A stretch of 64,000 nucleotides of DNA from Eledone cirrhosa (GCA_964016885.1 OZ024753.1:30008001-30072000), one strand, 5' to 3'. Shown: positions 27,522 through 41,550, counted from the first letter of the stretch. Numbers and translations: made by a program. Notes: generated by a model from the letters alone, not told the origin.

Positions 27522-27699
27522 AAGCAGCTTACCTTCCTATACACTACACTGTTAAGTATTTAGTCACCATATTAAATATGTGTGTGTTTTATGGTGGACA
27601 ACAATGTATTAACTTCTCACTGCATTGAGTGCTTTGTGGCTGTCTCAAACAATTCGATTAGTACCTGCTATATTGCGGCTACATCGATTCATACCCAAT

Positions 27700-27737
<38 letters not shown>

Positions 27738-28747
27738 TGCATGTGCATGTGTGTTAATACAGAAAATAACTGTGGCCAGGTTTTTCCATTGTTAGGTGTA
27801 TTTTACCTGATTTTCTTAAGCTATTATTTAAAGTAATTGACTGATGTTGCAGTTTGTTTTCTGCATTTGGATTCCCACATTTTCAAATTTAAAACCACCA
27901 AGGCACTTTGATGATTCATACGATTGTATTTGCATGTGTGTGTATATATATATATATATAGAGAGAGATATATATGTTATATATAAATAAAATTAATTTA
28001 TTAAGGCTAGTTACTACAACTGCGTCATACCAGGTAACCGGCGTTAATAATCTGTATTCAAACTCGCCCTATGGACTTGAGTTGCACTATTACCTTGGAT
28101 AGCTTTACCAACCTATTACTACAATACTATATATATATAGGGAGAGAGCAAATGAGATTTTTTTGTTGTTTCCCTTCTTTGATAGAGTTAATTAAGATTT
28201 TGTGAAGGTTGAAATATAGGACATTACATTTTACACTCTGCTTGAAATATAAGATATTTCATCTCCTTACTACAAACTAACACTTTTCTTTTTCTTTCCC
28301 TTTTTTTTTTTAAATGATATTTTATTTTATTTTTTTCAAGCCTTACACTCACCCACTGGCATCTGTCTGAAATTCAAATCTTTTTCTCTCTCTCTCTATC
28401 ACTCACTGCTCAGTAAATATATATTCCCTTTCCCCTTCCGATACATTATCTCTTTCTTTTATTCCTTTCCTTTTTTTTCTTCTTTTGTTGCTGTTGTTGT
28501 TGTTTTGTCCCCTCCCCCAGTATCTCTTATCTCTCTCTCTTTCTTCTACTCATTTTTCTCTTTTCCTTCTCAAGCAAATAAGAAAAGCAAAAGATAGGGA
28601 AACATTTGGATAACATCAGAAAAACTTGGGGACAAATCACCACAGGATCCCTAATGCTCCCTAGGCTGAAAAGTCAGCAGGCTTTTGTTTATGTGTATGC
28701 ATTGTCTGTAGTTGAATTTAGTGTAACATGCCACCATCAGACATGCT

Positions 28748-28888
28748 GGGAAATTGGCAGAGTCATTAGAGCAGTAGACAAAATACCTTGTGGTATTTGT
28801 TCTAGATCTTTGTGTTTTGATTTCAAATCCCACCCAAGGTCAACGTTGCTTTTCATCTTTCCATCGTCAATAAAATGAAATACCAGTT
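28748..28888 (+). mobile_element. Diverged SINE fragment
   Basis: Head and central domain recognisable. Confidence 0.65.
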
Positions 28889-29022
28889 ATGTGCTAGGGA
28901 TGTAAACATCTCCCTGTCTCTCTCCCTCTTTAGCTGCTTGGATGCCTTGGATGCTCTGCTGGGTTAAGTGGTGAGATGGTTCAGAGGATCGGCATCTCTG
29001 ATCACAACTAAATGTGCACATA

Positions 29023-29074
<52 letters not shown>

Positions 29075-30076
29075 CGTGTGTATATATGTATATGTACATA
29101 TGTGCAAGACAAGGTCAGCCAACCTAACATTGCCCACAACAGGACAACCCGTCTAACCCATGTTAGCGTGGAAGAATCGATGTAAAACGGTGATGATGAT
29201 GATGATGATGATGATATATATATATATATATAATAAGAAAAAAGGAAGTTTCGTTTACGTTTTTGTTGAGTATTGGCCTGTTACATGTGTTTCACAGGTG
29301 ATTGACTCAAGGTCACTTTTGGAAGCTATGGACCTAACATCGATCTGCTCATATATATGTGTGTGTGTAGGGTTATGTGTTTGTGTTTATATGTATTTGT
29401 ATATATGTTTATATGTGCATGTTCGTGTGTGTGTGGCGATGCCTTGAACACTGCTGGGTCAAGGGGTTGAGATGATTGAGAGAATGTTTGTATCTGCTCA
29501 CAACTAAATGGACAGCTTTAAGGAAAACACTAGCAAAAGTTACAGTGCATGGTGATACCATGTCATACTCTATTGTGATTTACAGCTATATTATAACCAC
29601 AAGACATGGCAACCAAGATAATGATTGTGCGTATATATGTATGTGTCTGTGTGTGTATGTGTCTGTGTGTGTATGTGTCTGTGTGTGTATGTGTCTGTTT
29701 GTATGTCAGAAGGACTGGTGGCAGGTGGAGGGCAGTTTAGTCATTTCACTACAAACTGGTATTTGGTAACACACACACACAGTAGTAACAGTAACTGTTT
29801 GTAGTAGTTAGTACAAATGAAGAGTACATTTAGTACTAGTTTTTAGAGTATATAACTAGTTCTAATTAAAGAATTTGATGTAGTGAATGTACTTACTACT
29901 TCTAGTTAGAAACTAGTTGAATTGATGTATGTAAATGAACCATATATGTAGATAAATCTACCAAAATATACAGTAGTGTCCAATCCGTATGAAGAACTCA
30001 ATGTAATCCAAATATCATGAAAAGAGAAGATGCATTGAAAAATTTTCAATGAAAATCACAGGAAAACAGAGTCAAG

Positions 30077-30414
30077 ATAAATTAATAAAAACAAAGAACA
30101 AGTTCCTTATATTAAAAAATTCATCATTTTACGATCGTTTCTAGGATATATATGTGTTGGTATGTATATCATATAGATCTATGTAAAAATATTACAAACT
30201 ATCAGAGGAAATATACATACCTTCACATATATATGCTGTCTTATGCTGAAGACAGCATATATATGTGAAGGTATGTATATTTCCTCTGATAGTTTGTAAT
30301 ATTTTTACATAGATCTATATGATATACATACCAACACATATATATCCTAGAAACGATCGTAAAATGATGAATTTTTTAATATAAGGAACTTGTTCTTTGT
30401 TTTTATTAATTTAT
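30077..30414. repeat. 166-bp-arm palindrome with hammerhead-like core
   Basis: 30077-30242 is the reverse complement of 30249-30414 (loop ATGCTG); CTGAAGA at 30246 and GAAACGATCGTA at 30350. Confidence 0.9.
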
Positions 30415-30424
30415 ATATATATAT

Positions 30425-30510
30425 ATATTGTTATACTTGGGGCGGGTCATATTTGTGTAATATTGCCAGAATTATTACACAAATATGACCCTCCCCAAGT
30501 ATAACAATAT
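30425..30510. repeat. 38-bp-arm hairpin in (TA)n
   Basis: 30425-30462 vs 30473-30510 with one mismatch and a 10-nt loop. Confidence 0.85.
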
Positions 30511-30572
30511 TTGTTTCGACACACGATTTCATATAAAAAACCTCGCAAAACTATATATATATATATATATAC

Positions 30573-30782
30573 AGATAAATCTACCAATCGATGGTAGGGT
30601 CTAAACCATATGAAGAACTCAATGTAATCGTATGTAGTTCTTTAAGGTAGTTTTACATGTTTCCTTAGTTGTGGGATAATTTTATCAAGAATCTTCTTGC
30701 TTATTACTCCAATGTCCGACTTAGGGGGGCATATGAGTCTAATCGATGGGTTCGAGTTGAAGTCAGATTTATGATCTTTCAT
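30573..30782 (-). mobile_element. Penelope-like element fragment (RT N-terminal region plus terminus)
   Basis: 30782->30642 translates [46 protein letters not shown], matching the PLE RT motif KDHK..F..NP..RLI.P.KS..G.ISK.ILD.I; flanked by (TA)n. Confidence 0.8.
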
Positions 30783-32252
30783 ATATATATATATATATGG
30801 GGGGAGGGGTCATCCAGCTGTAGTAACCAAGCCAGAAACAGTTCTGACTGAATGAGCAAGACATGGTCACCTGATCTGACTTGTCTCACAACGGGACAAC
30901 TCATTTAACTCATGCTAGCACGGAAAATAGATGTTAAATGATGATGATTATATGTATACTGACAAAAATACCTGTGACTGTGTCTAACACAACAAGAACC
31001 TTCTGGCAAAGTTGTCCAGCTCTGGGTTCCAGCTCATCTATCTCTCAGATTGAGATCAGGAGTTTCTGGTTAGACTGCTGTGGATTTTGAAGCAACTTCT
31101 ACATAGCTTTGACTATCTCTTCTCTCTCTCGATTCATCTCTCTCCATGTATATGTATGTATGCATACACACACAGACACACAACCCATGCTAACGTAGAA
31201 AGTGGACGTTAAACGATGATGATGATACACAGCACATACATGCATACAGACATACATAAACAGCACACATATACACTCACATACATACTCAGCATACACA
31301 TTCATATATACAATCGTCCAACATACAGCACACACATATGGTTTATATGTATATAAACCAAAGCAAAATTGAACTGCCTCCAGTATCCTGAAGGACAGTA
31401 AATAAAAAAGATCCTACCAACCAACCATTGATAAATGTATTGATTTCTTATTGTTGATTATTTTGTTGTTGTCTTGTTTTACCTGCTAAGTTATTCAAGT
31501 TCAGTTTAGTTGAATCCGAAGACTATGGCTGACATTTCTTCCCCCCTCTGGAGTACAGACAAACAAAACACACGCACACACATACATACCCACACATCCA
31601 CACACACATATCCATATACACATACACACGCGCACATACACACATATACTAAAATAACTCTGCTCACTCTAAGGACATGTTACCTTCAGAGAGAGAGAAG
31701 TTGGGAGTGTATGGAGAGTCATACTAAAAAATGAATGACTCACTTTCACAGGAAAGCACAGTGGTTGTTTGCCTCAGTATAGTCTGTGTAGTCATCTAGT
31801 CATTGGTGTTGTGGTTGTTGTACAGGAAGTAATGGTGATTGGGATGTTTTCTATTGGATTGAACTTAATGTATCCAGACTTTATCCACTGCCATCACTTC
31901 CCTCACCTTTCTACATGATCCTTATAGTACCAACACTTCAGGTCATTTCAGCTACGAACACTATTTCATATGGAGAAGTTAGGTTCAGTTTCTGACCAAA
32001 TTAGATTAAATCAAACCTTTCTGACCATAAAAAAGTCAATATAAAAGAAAGATTAATTATAGTTATATTAATGAATTTCTCCAAATTTTTGATTATTTTC
32101 AAAATGATTTGAAAAAAATAGGCAGTGTTTTTCATAAGAAATATGGTAATAAATTCTGTAGGCAGTAACAGTTATTATACTCCCTCTAGTCGATATAAAA
32201 ACTAGTTACTAATCCCTATTGGTTGTAAAATAAAGCCCTGGAAATAAATTAA

Positions 32253-32461
32253 CCCTTAAGCGTTTAAACCGGCCGGATCCAGCCAGAATTCTTTCACCTC
32301 GTTCTATTCAAACCAGCTGTAACTGGCCACTCATACCAACGTTAAGGTATTGTTCTCAAAATAAATAATATCAAAATTTCATAGATTCGATATTATGTGA
32401 GGTAAAGGCTTTACCATGAACATACAATAGTATATATAGAGTAATCTAAATGATAAAGAGT
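32253..32461. mobile_element. piggyBac-type MITE family A
   Basis: TTAA|CCCTTAAGCGTTTAAACC start; family body. Confidence 0.82.
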
Positions 32462-32756
32462 TTAATAAAGTACTTTCAAGTGGGTACCATATATAAGTAG
32501 TTACCAGAAATACACTGTTAGGCCTGCCTCCTGGGCCTTTGGGGGAGAGAGAGAGAAAGAAATTTTACAAGGTGGAATAAGACTGCTTTTGTGACCTGGA
32601 GGAGTGAGAGTTATTCTTCTTAAAATTCAAGTGACTGAAAGGTTTCTTTTACAACTGAAGATGGATTGGTAGGGGCTCCTTGGCTGTGCCTACTCTTAAA
32701 GGCCTTGAATTAATTTTAGATTCTCACGTTTAAATAATGAACATTAATTTATGTGG

Positions 32757-32935
32757 ATTGGCAGTATCGGTGGAGGGTCGGACGCCATGCTTTCCAGCAT
32801 AGTTACGTCCCTTTACGGTTTGAGTTCAAATTCCGCCGAGGTTAACTTTGCCTTTCATCCTTACGGGGTCGATAAAATAAAGTACCAGTAATGTACTGGG
32901 TAATTGATGGCCTTGTGCCAAATGTAGAAACAATT
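32757..32935 (+). mobile_element. tRNA-derived SINE (tail type A)
   Basis: TTGGCAGTATCGG ... GAGTTCAAATTCC ... GCCTTTCATCCTTACGGGGTCGATAAA ... GTAGAAACAATT. Confidence 0.85.
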
Positions 32936-35900
32936 AATTTATGAACACACACATGTACTCACCTTCATACTTCAGGAAGTTTAAGCATTTTACTTGTTAG
33001 GTTGGATGTCTCTACAAATTCACATTATCACTTGAACTGTTGGCATAAATAAAAGCAGCCTTCATTAAATCCAACCATGGAGGAAAAAAGGGATATTTAT
33101 TTTAACTGCATATGAAAGGCAAGCAGCATAACAATTTAAGTCTTTTGAACTTTTGTAATGAAAAAATTCTTGCTCACTCAAGATATTATGCATACATACA
33201 GACATATATGCATATGCCTCTCTCTCTCAAATATTGCGATATAGAAACTTCACAAGCATGAATCAATCTTTTACTTCTGATTTAGAACAGGATTAGTTTT
33301 CATCACTTTTATGGTGTGTAACTTTTAAAAGTGTACGTATATATTATAGGTTGATCTGGCATATAGCAGAGATTTTCACATCTCTTCAAAGTAAGATGAT
33401 GGAAGTTTAAGCGTGATATCAAATAATAAAATGGGAAGTTGTGTGGTGTTTTATCAAACTATGTATGACAGATACAACTAATATGATGGGGTTCAGAGAT
33501 GTTCTCAAGCTGTGTATAACATCTCTGGAGTAAATGTAAACAGAAAAACCCCAAATTAAGCAAAGAGAGAGAGAGAGAAAGCAAGAAGCATATCTTTCTT
33601 ATCAGTTCTGGTGTGGTTGAAGTCTCAGGCTTTCGATTAAAGTATAAAGACTTTATGGAATGTTGTTTTATGTTCACACAATGCTGCTAATTTAATAAGT
33701 AACTGACAAAACTACAGAGGACAATGTAACACAGGAATTAATATATACAACATAGAAAGGAGTTTTAGTGTTAAGTGTAGAAATTAATTCATTTTAGGGG
33801 GCTAAAATCTTATGTTAAACAGAGAGATGTTAGAAGGGGAAGATAGAGAGATAGAAAGACAGGGGGAGAAAGATAGGGAAAGAGAAATGGAGAGAAAGCT
33901 AGAAAGGCAGGGAGAGAAATGGAGAAATAGATAGATAGACAGAACATCAAGAAGTTTACTTAGTCAATCACATATGGTATTCTGTTCTACACAGTTTCGT
34001 GGCACCTTTGCAAATGTATTGTGGGCTAGCAACCGGCACAAAAAAGGAAGGAACTGCTCCAACTGTAACAAATTCTTCCACCTCTCTTGCGTCAAACTCA
34101 TACGACGCACGTCAGAATCCTTACACCCGTGGGACTCATCATAACAGGGACTAGAACCTACTTGACTTGGACGGGGCTCTGAATAACTTATGAATGAATT
34201 TGGTTGATGAAAATAGATAATGAGAAAGTTAGTTATATTACAAATTCTTGATTATTTTCAAAATAAATTGTAAGTTTTATTAGAGATGTGATAACAAAAG
34301 GGTTAAGAATGTTTCCAAATGTTTTATTCTCTTATTTCCATAAAATACTTCGAAAAATACAAATATATAACAAAAATGTTGGTCTGCTGTTCAAAAATTC
34401 CCAAGCGCATGTAAGGTTTTTGTTTTTTTTTAGTTTTTAAGAGATTAATCACCAATGAGAACATACATTCTCAAGAGTTCACCAGCCCTAGAGTAGATAA
34501 TTTGGTAGTTGAGTGAATATTATTGGTGGTAGACATTGCAACAGCCAGCACTGATGACAGAATATGAAGCACTAATGTCTCACCTGCTTATCCTTTTGAC
34601 TTCTAACAGCTTACACATTACTTATTTAATACACCAAGAGGAAGATTGGGAATCTTAATCAATCTTAAAAGATTATCAGAAGACATAAGATATTTCAGTT
34701 ATTATTAAGAAACTTTGAAAAGTTAATGTCATTTAAGCTTTTATTATGTGCATGTGTGTGTTTATGTATGTGTGTGTGTATGTATATATGTGTGTGTGTA
34801 TGTACAACCTTATACATGTGTATATAGAAGAGAACAGAGGGAGCTTTGATTTATTAGATACCAAGCTATTTTGATATCCTTTCTGAACTCTTTCAACTTC
34901 ATTTCTTCTCTCCTTACTACAATATTCTCGATGATATTATATATATTTTTTTTTGTCATCAATTCTACCAATATTTGATATCTAAATAAACCTTAATATC
35001 TGTCCAAAGGACAGCAAGGCCTACACACACTACCCCCCAAGTAATTTCCCTGTTAACCATTCCACATCTCAGTTCTTCCACAGCAATCCCTCCCTCCCTC
35101 TCCCATCTATCATATATGCTCTCTTTTTAATACAATATATTGTTCCTTTCCTAATGCAGTCTCTTTCTTCCCTCCATTGCTCTTATACACACATAGCTTG
35201 CTGTACTTGATGGCATTTCTCATTATTTCTATCCTATAAAAAAGAACCTACTAGAATTAAATTATATTCTAGAGAGAGAGAGAGAGAGAGATTTCTTCAC
35301 TTTTAAGTTTCTATTTACTTTCTTTCTGATGTTTTATATTTTCAATTGATTATATTTTCCATGCATCCCCTCTCTCTCTCTCATTATATTTTCTCTTGCA
35401 TCATTTAAATGAGTTTTTCTTCTCAACTTTGAATTTATTTTGAAAAAAAAAACAAACAAAATAAAACATTTCGAGAGTTATGCACCTTGAGAGATCTTTA
35501 GTGTTAAGAGAGACAAAATGTGCGTGTGTGTGGATCTTGTTTATGTCCTGTTATATTGCGACTCAACAAATTGATAAAAAGAAATTGTTAAAATAACTAT
35601 TAGACTTGAAAAACAAGTCCTGAGTTTCATGTAATCAACTTAATCTTATCGAATCAGTGCACCAGTAGAGCAGCTGCAGTTTCTAGAATGAAACAAGTAT
35701 ATATATATATATTGGAGAACTCTTCAGTTGTGTCAAAGACATCACATCCTCCCTTAGTGTTGGTGATCGACATGATATATGTACCCAGTACACTCTGTAA
35801 AAGGGGTTAGAGAGAGAGGAAGAGCATCTAACCATAGAAAATCTGCCAAACAATGATTTGGATGGACTCCTCAGCTGTGTCAAAGACATGAGGTGCCACA

Positions 35901-36643
35901 TTGTACCACAAGAAAATGCACTTGGTAGAGCGTAGGAATGTACGCTAGCAGGGAAATTGAATGTTAAATGATAATGATATATAACAATTTTTCATAAAGG
36001 AAAATGTATAAGGAAAGAAGAGAGATATTTTGCCAAAAATTATTTTGCAGAGTCAGTTCATTACAACTTGGCACATTAGCCAAGTGTACCTTTAACAAAG
36101 AGGACATTTGTTTGCAGGCCTATGAGATATTATACCACAGATCTTATAATAAATATGGTAGATTTTATGTTGGAAGCATTATACATAAACTGCAGAACTG
36201 TGTTTTAGAAAACATGCATACAAATGCTTCTTCCATTAAAAAAACCTGTAGAGAAATGTCATAACTAGGATATTACTGTCTCCATCAAAGCCACAGAAGA
36301 GAATATTGGAAATTTTAGGATTAAGGAAGCCATTTTCATTAATAAACTTAATCCTTCCATTAGCAACAGACAAGAGCTGCTCAACACTAATTGGCTAATG
36401 TAGTATTTCCAATCTAAGCAACCATATATACACTGTCTTAGTAATGACATACATACTTTCTCATCAACTCTCTCCCAACTTTCATTTTTTTCAGCATTTT
36501 TCTCCTTCCTTTTTGTACCATCTAATGAAAAACATTGCTTGAAATATTATGAACTAATGTACATATATATATGTGTGTGTGTGTGTGACAAATTAAAAAT
36601 ACGAGGAAATAATAGACAAAAATATACCTATTTTTTCTCCAAA

Positions 36644-36737
36644 GTCTTGACTGCAGTTTCGCCGAATCTGTTTGCAGCAATTTATGCACTATTGAAGTGC
36701 ATCATTGCTGTGAGGTTTATAAGGCTTATCAAGAGGC
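36644..36737 (-). ncRNA. Degenerate hammerhead-like motif with extended stem II
   Basis: UUGAUAA-GCC...CAGCAAU-G-AUGCACU/AGUGCAU-AA-AUUGCUG...GGC-GAAAC-UGCA-GUC. Confidence 0.5.
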
Positions 36738-38983
36738 CACTCAGCTAGTGGACTGTTTCTGGACGTGTTCGTAACAAGTGTGTTTGAGTGTATATCATTG
36801 CTATATATATATATGTATATATAAGGAGGGAGAGAGAGATTGTGAGCCTGCTCAAATCAATTTATTTAGTAAATTTTCAATCTCCACATCTTATTCGTAA
36901 TACAAAGGAGATTTTCAATAGACTGTTGTGGCACTATCATCATCATCATCAGTTTTACGTCCATTTCCCCATGATTTGCATGGGTTAGACAAGTTGTCTT
37001 GTTGCGGGCAATGCCAGGTCAGGTGATCATGTCTTGTTTATACAGAACTATTCAGATGAATGAAATAATTTTTTTTTTTAAATAATTTTCTTTCACCCCC
37101 CCCCCCCCTCCTCTCTCTCTGACTTCTTTATTCATTCAGTTTTAAAATATACATCTAAAGTAGTAATAATTCCAAGCTCAACTGTGTAATGTGTGTTGTC
37201 TATCTATACTTCTGACATGGGCATTTGAGCTGCTTTGACGACCTTTTCAGCATTTGAAAGCATAGCATAACATTTTTAATGTTTTCAGATAAATTTCATT
37301 TTATTTTGGGTTATGATTGAAAAATTTTTAATGTATTGATTTATGCAAATGGCATAATTCAATTTATTGATAATCAAATAGTCACCCATCAGAATCTTTT
37401 GTTTTGTTTTGCTTTGTTTCATATTTTTCTTTTCCTCTGTCTTATCTGATAATAACCATTGAAAAGGTGGTACATACATGCTTATGTGTGTGTGTATGTA
37501 TACATACATGCGTATATATATATATACACACACACACATACATGCATATATATATATATACACATACATATACACACACATACACATACATGTATACATA
37601 CACACATGCACAAAGAGGGAAAGCAACCAAACTGTGCTTCTACTGATGAATTTACTTTTCTAAGCTCAGCCACCCTACACTTTATTAAACTATTTATTTA
37701 TTATTTAATGAATAATTCCATGTAATGTGTATTTTCATGGATCATAATCCTACCATCTCGACAACTGTAAATCTAACACAAGTTAAGGTATTTCTTTTAA
37801 ATATATTGTTGGTCTTTCTTAACATCAACTGCAGTTTGAAAGGGGTGTAACTGTATGCTGCAAAGCATGTTCGCCAACACTCTACCAATTCTGCCAATCT
37901 ACTGCCCTTTTCTAGTATAAGATTTCAGTCCCAGGTTAAAATTTAAATTTGAGCACTTTAATAGAGTCGATTTCAGGTGGGTTGGTATTTGGACTATAAC
38001 TTAACAAAGGTTGTTACATAAATTTATGATGGAAGGTTTTTAAATGAATATAAATACTTTAAAATAACCAGTTCTAAAATTTTAGAATTGAGGCCAGTTT
38101 CGGGTGGTTTGGTGCCAAAAGGGTTAAGTAAATTGACTAGATGGGATTCTAACCAATGTCAGGAGGTAGGAGAATTGAGAGAAAACACACTGGGGGAATT
38201 GTTGAATGTTGGGTGTTGAAAGCATTTCAGGTGGGTTTCAGTAGAGGTCTGTGTGTGTGCAGAGGCATTTATGTGTCTTATAATATAATGTGCCATGTGT
38301 GTTTCTTCTGTTATTCTTTCAAAGTGTTGAAAGCATGAATAACATCACCATATGGAAGGGAGGTAATAAAAGTTAGATTTTTCTTTTCTTTTTTTTTTTC
38401 TATTTTCTTTTCAGGAACTTTAGTTAAATATTATATTCTTTTAAAAAAATATGATTTTTGCAGTCAAGCTTTTCTCAATATCTACAATATTTCTTTATAC
38501 TGATTGAAAATAAGGTGCTGATTGAATTGTAATAACTCCCAAAAGAACAGAATGGAAAAGTGTAAATTTTGTGTCTATAAAAAAATTCCTTTAAAAGAAT
38601 CTAAAATTGAATCTCAATGAATAATAAAAATAAAAAAAAATAAAAAAAACTTGAATGGAAGATATATCCATCATTTCTGATGGCACATGTGCACATTTAT
38701 ACATATATATATGCAATTATCCACACACATACACAATAATACATACATATACACACCAAAGTTTCATAGACTATTATTCTAACTGCTGACAAATGGTTTT
38801 TGTATTTATATTATGGATTTTGGCAGATTTACTGAGATATTTTATTCAAAAGAATAGTGGGGGAAGAGGAAAACTTGTGTTTAATCAGTACTATTTTTAA
38901 AGATTTCACTGCAGGCCTTTCTCCCTTCTTTCATATAGGTGTATGTCTCGCTTGTATATTTGTTTGTGTGTATATCTATGTGT

Positions 38984-39265
38984 GAAGGCATGTGGCTTTG
39001 TAGTTAGGGTATTCGGCTCACGAATGTAAGGTCATGAGTTCAATTCCCAGCAATGTGCTGAGTCCTTGAGCAAGACACTTTATTTCATGTAATTCGAAGG
39101 AGCAGCCATGTCACATTTGGTGTCACGATGAATTTCCTTGAGGACTACGTTAAGGGTATGCATGTCTGTGGAATGCTCAGCCACTGGTATGTTAAGTTCA
39201 CAAACAGGCTGTTCCGTTGATCGTATCAACTGGAACACTCATTGTCGTAACCGATGGCATGCCAC
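38984..39265 (+). mobile_element. tRNA-headed SINE with CORE-like domain
   Basis: GTGGCTTTGTAGTTAGG A-box, GAGTTCAATTCC B-box, GTCCTTGAGCAAGACACTT. Confidence 0.75.
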
Positions 39266-40409
39266 TAACATTGAGCCTTTATCAACGAATCCAAACAGGG
39301 AAATAGTGCACCTGAAATCTATCTAAATAGTGAAGTTTGTGAACTAAACTGTGAAACTGTTTACATTGACAAGCCACATCAAGTCCAAGATGTGGCAGGA
39401 GTCAAAACTTACTTCCAGCTTGCAAAACTAACCAACTTGGACAAATAAAACAAGCAACTTATTGTCAGTGTTTAGATTAGATTCTTGTTCAAATAGTTGC
39501 ATGCTATTTATTCTATGATGGCCATTCGTTAACAATCATATGTCAATCTCTATGTATGTAGAATACAAATAAGTTTCTATTTATCTCTCCCTATCTCTTA
39601 TTATCTAATAGTTTGAACATGAATTTTTAATTATTTATACGTAATTTCAACATGTTTCGGAAGCAGATAAATCTATTTTAATATATGTGCATTTAATGAT
39701 AATATTTATTTAGTAAACTAAATGGAATTACACTCTTTTAAAAATTAATGTTTTACAATTCTTTCCTAGACTGCTCAGTTGGCGCTCCTACGACTCTATC
39801 GGGAGATATGGGACCATACATAAAATAGACTGCTCATATCTTAGCTTTGGTAACATCAGACAAGGTTTATTAGAAAGGCAGTAAACACATTCAGTTATAA
39901 ACAAATGGTCCAGAGAGATATTAGTACATGTTTTAATGATTTTCACATAAATTACTGATTTCTTAACTAATGCTAACTTATTCTACAGAACTGATGCTAT
40001 TACAATATATTTAAAATTTCTAAGTTAATTATCTACCACTAGACACTGTTGTTTCAACCTAATGACACATCATATTGCTAAATTAGAATGTGAAATATTG
40101 TCCTCACACTTAGTTTGACCTGTTAATTAGATAACTTTAATCTATTCCTATTCTGCATGAGCTTGGCAACAAAAATATTTAATCAAGCTAGTGAGTGAGG
40201 CTCTTTACAATTGATCAGAACACTAGAAATAGCTGCCAAATGTGCCTGAAACTGTACCCTACCAGTTTGAAAAGAGAAGAGCACATTGTATTATGTAGTC
40301 CCAGAGATACACTGTCTAAAAAAGCAAAAAAGATAAGGTGGAGTACCTTTCATTGTGAGTTTTCTCCGTCAAGAATGAACTGGTATTAAACAGCAACAGC
40401 AAAATATTT

Positions 40410-40700
40410 CATCTTCTTCTTCGCCCACTTATTTCTGGGGTGGTTGTGGAGTCCTCAAACATGCTTTTCAGTGGTTCCTGTCAGAAGCAACTGTCTCCAA
40501 TTCAACCGGCTGGATTCCCAAGCGAGACCAGCCAAGTTTATGGATGTTATTCAACCATCTTGCTTGTGGTCTGTCTACCTCTGGGTCATAAAATCTGTCC
40601 AGCAATTCTTTCCTGAGACATAATAACCACATGTCTATAGTGTTTGAGCTGTGATCTCTCAATTCAAAGAACTAGTGGTTCTACCTGAAGCGACTCTGAT
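40410..40700 (-). mobile_element. Old degraded RTE-like LINE 3' fragment (different family)
   Basis: ORF 40468..40662 has RPQARWLNNI and ASDRNH, like the RTE GRP..RW.D.I / A.DR..W motifs; short (GAA)n tail near 40412-40421. Confidence 0.5.
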
Positions 40701-41550
40701 CTCTGAGCTACTTGATGTTGATCTTGCTAATAGTAAAGATTATTTCTACTATAGTTGTTAAGGTTTCGACTATCCCTTCTTCCCAGTCAGCCTGATGGTC
40801 AATAACATTCTATTTGTGACCATCCTATATTTTCCCTAGTAACATTTTCCCTGATACCAACCCACCTGAAACTACTAGATTTATTGTACAAAACTACTCA
40901 TTTTAATATGTTTATCTTTGTTAAAACCTTTCCTAATAATTTTATTTTAAACATTTTTGTTTTGTAATGCTGTAAATATTAGCTTACTAATGAAAAAAAC
41001 TTAGTTATTTTATTAAATTCCTCCAATTATTTGGTTATTTTCAAAATTAATTGAAACATAGACAGTGTATTTCATCAGAAATATAGTAATGCAATGATAG
41101 AGTGTGATTTGGGGAAGATTTCTCTGTTGGTTTTATTAGAGGGAGTAACTACATAGAGAAAGACTTTGAGGAAGATTTGTCTATTGTTTTTAGTAGAGGG
41201 GGTGACTACATAAAGAGAGAGATACTGGTCCATTGGTTCAGCACTCCTATTTCTTTTGTTTTCTATAGCTATCAATAGGAGGTTGAATCAATGAAGAGTG
41301 GTATATATTGTAGCTTTTTAAGGTGAATGAAAAGTTACACTAGAGATGTTCAACCATCATAAAAACAGTACAGTTTTCATTCAGATTCATCATTGCTGAT
41401 GATTGAGCAGCATTCAGTTTGTCTTTAAAGGTTTCCACTTCACTAAACTTTTATATTCAACATCATGTGATAGAGATATCATTTCACTGAATAGTTACAA
41501 AAGGATTCATTTGAATGGCTAGTCATTTTCAAACTCCATGTGACAGGCTT

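Noticed and set aside
27990-28125. Other unique-looking inserts between TA tracts (also 7374-7530 and 13730-13800)
   Set aside because: Probably similar retroelement ends, but no motif or second copy is visible to support a call.
38984-39055. tRNA-like A and B boxes (also at 50028 and 51845)
   Set aside because: No complete cloverleaf; they continue into SINE bodies.
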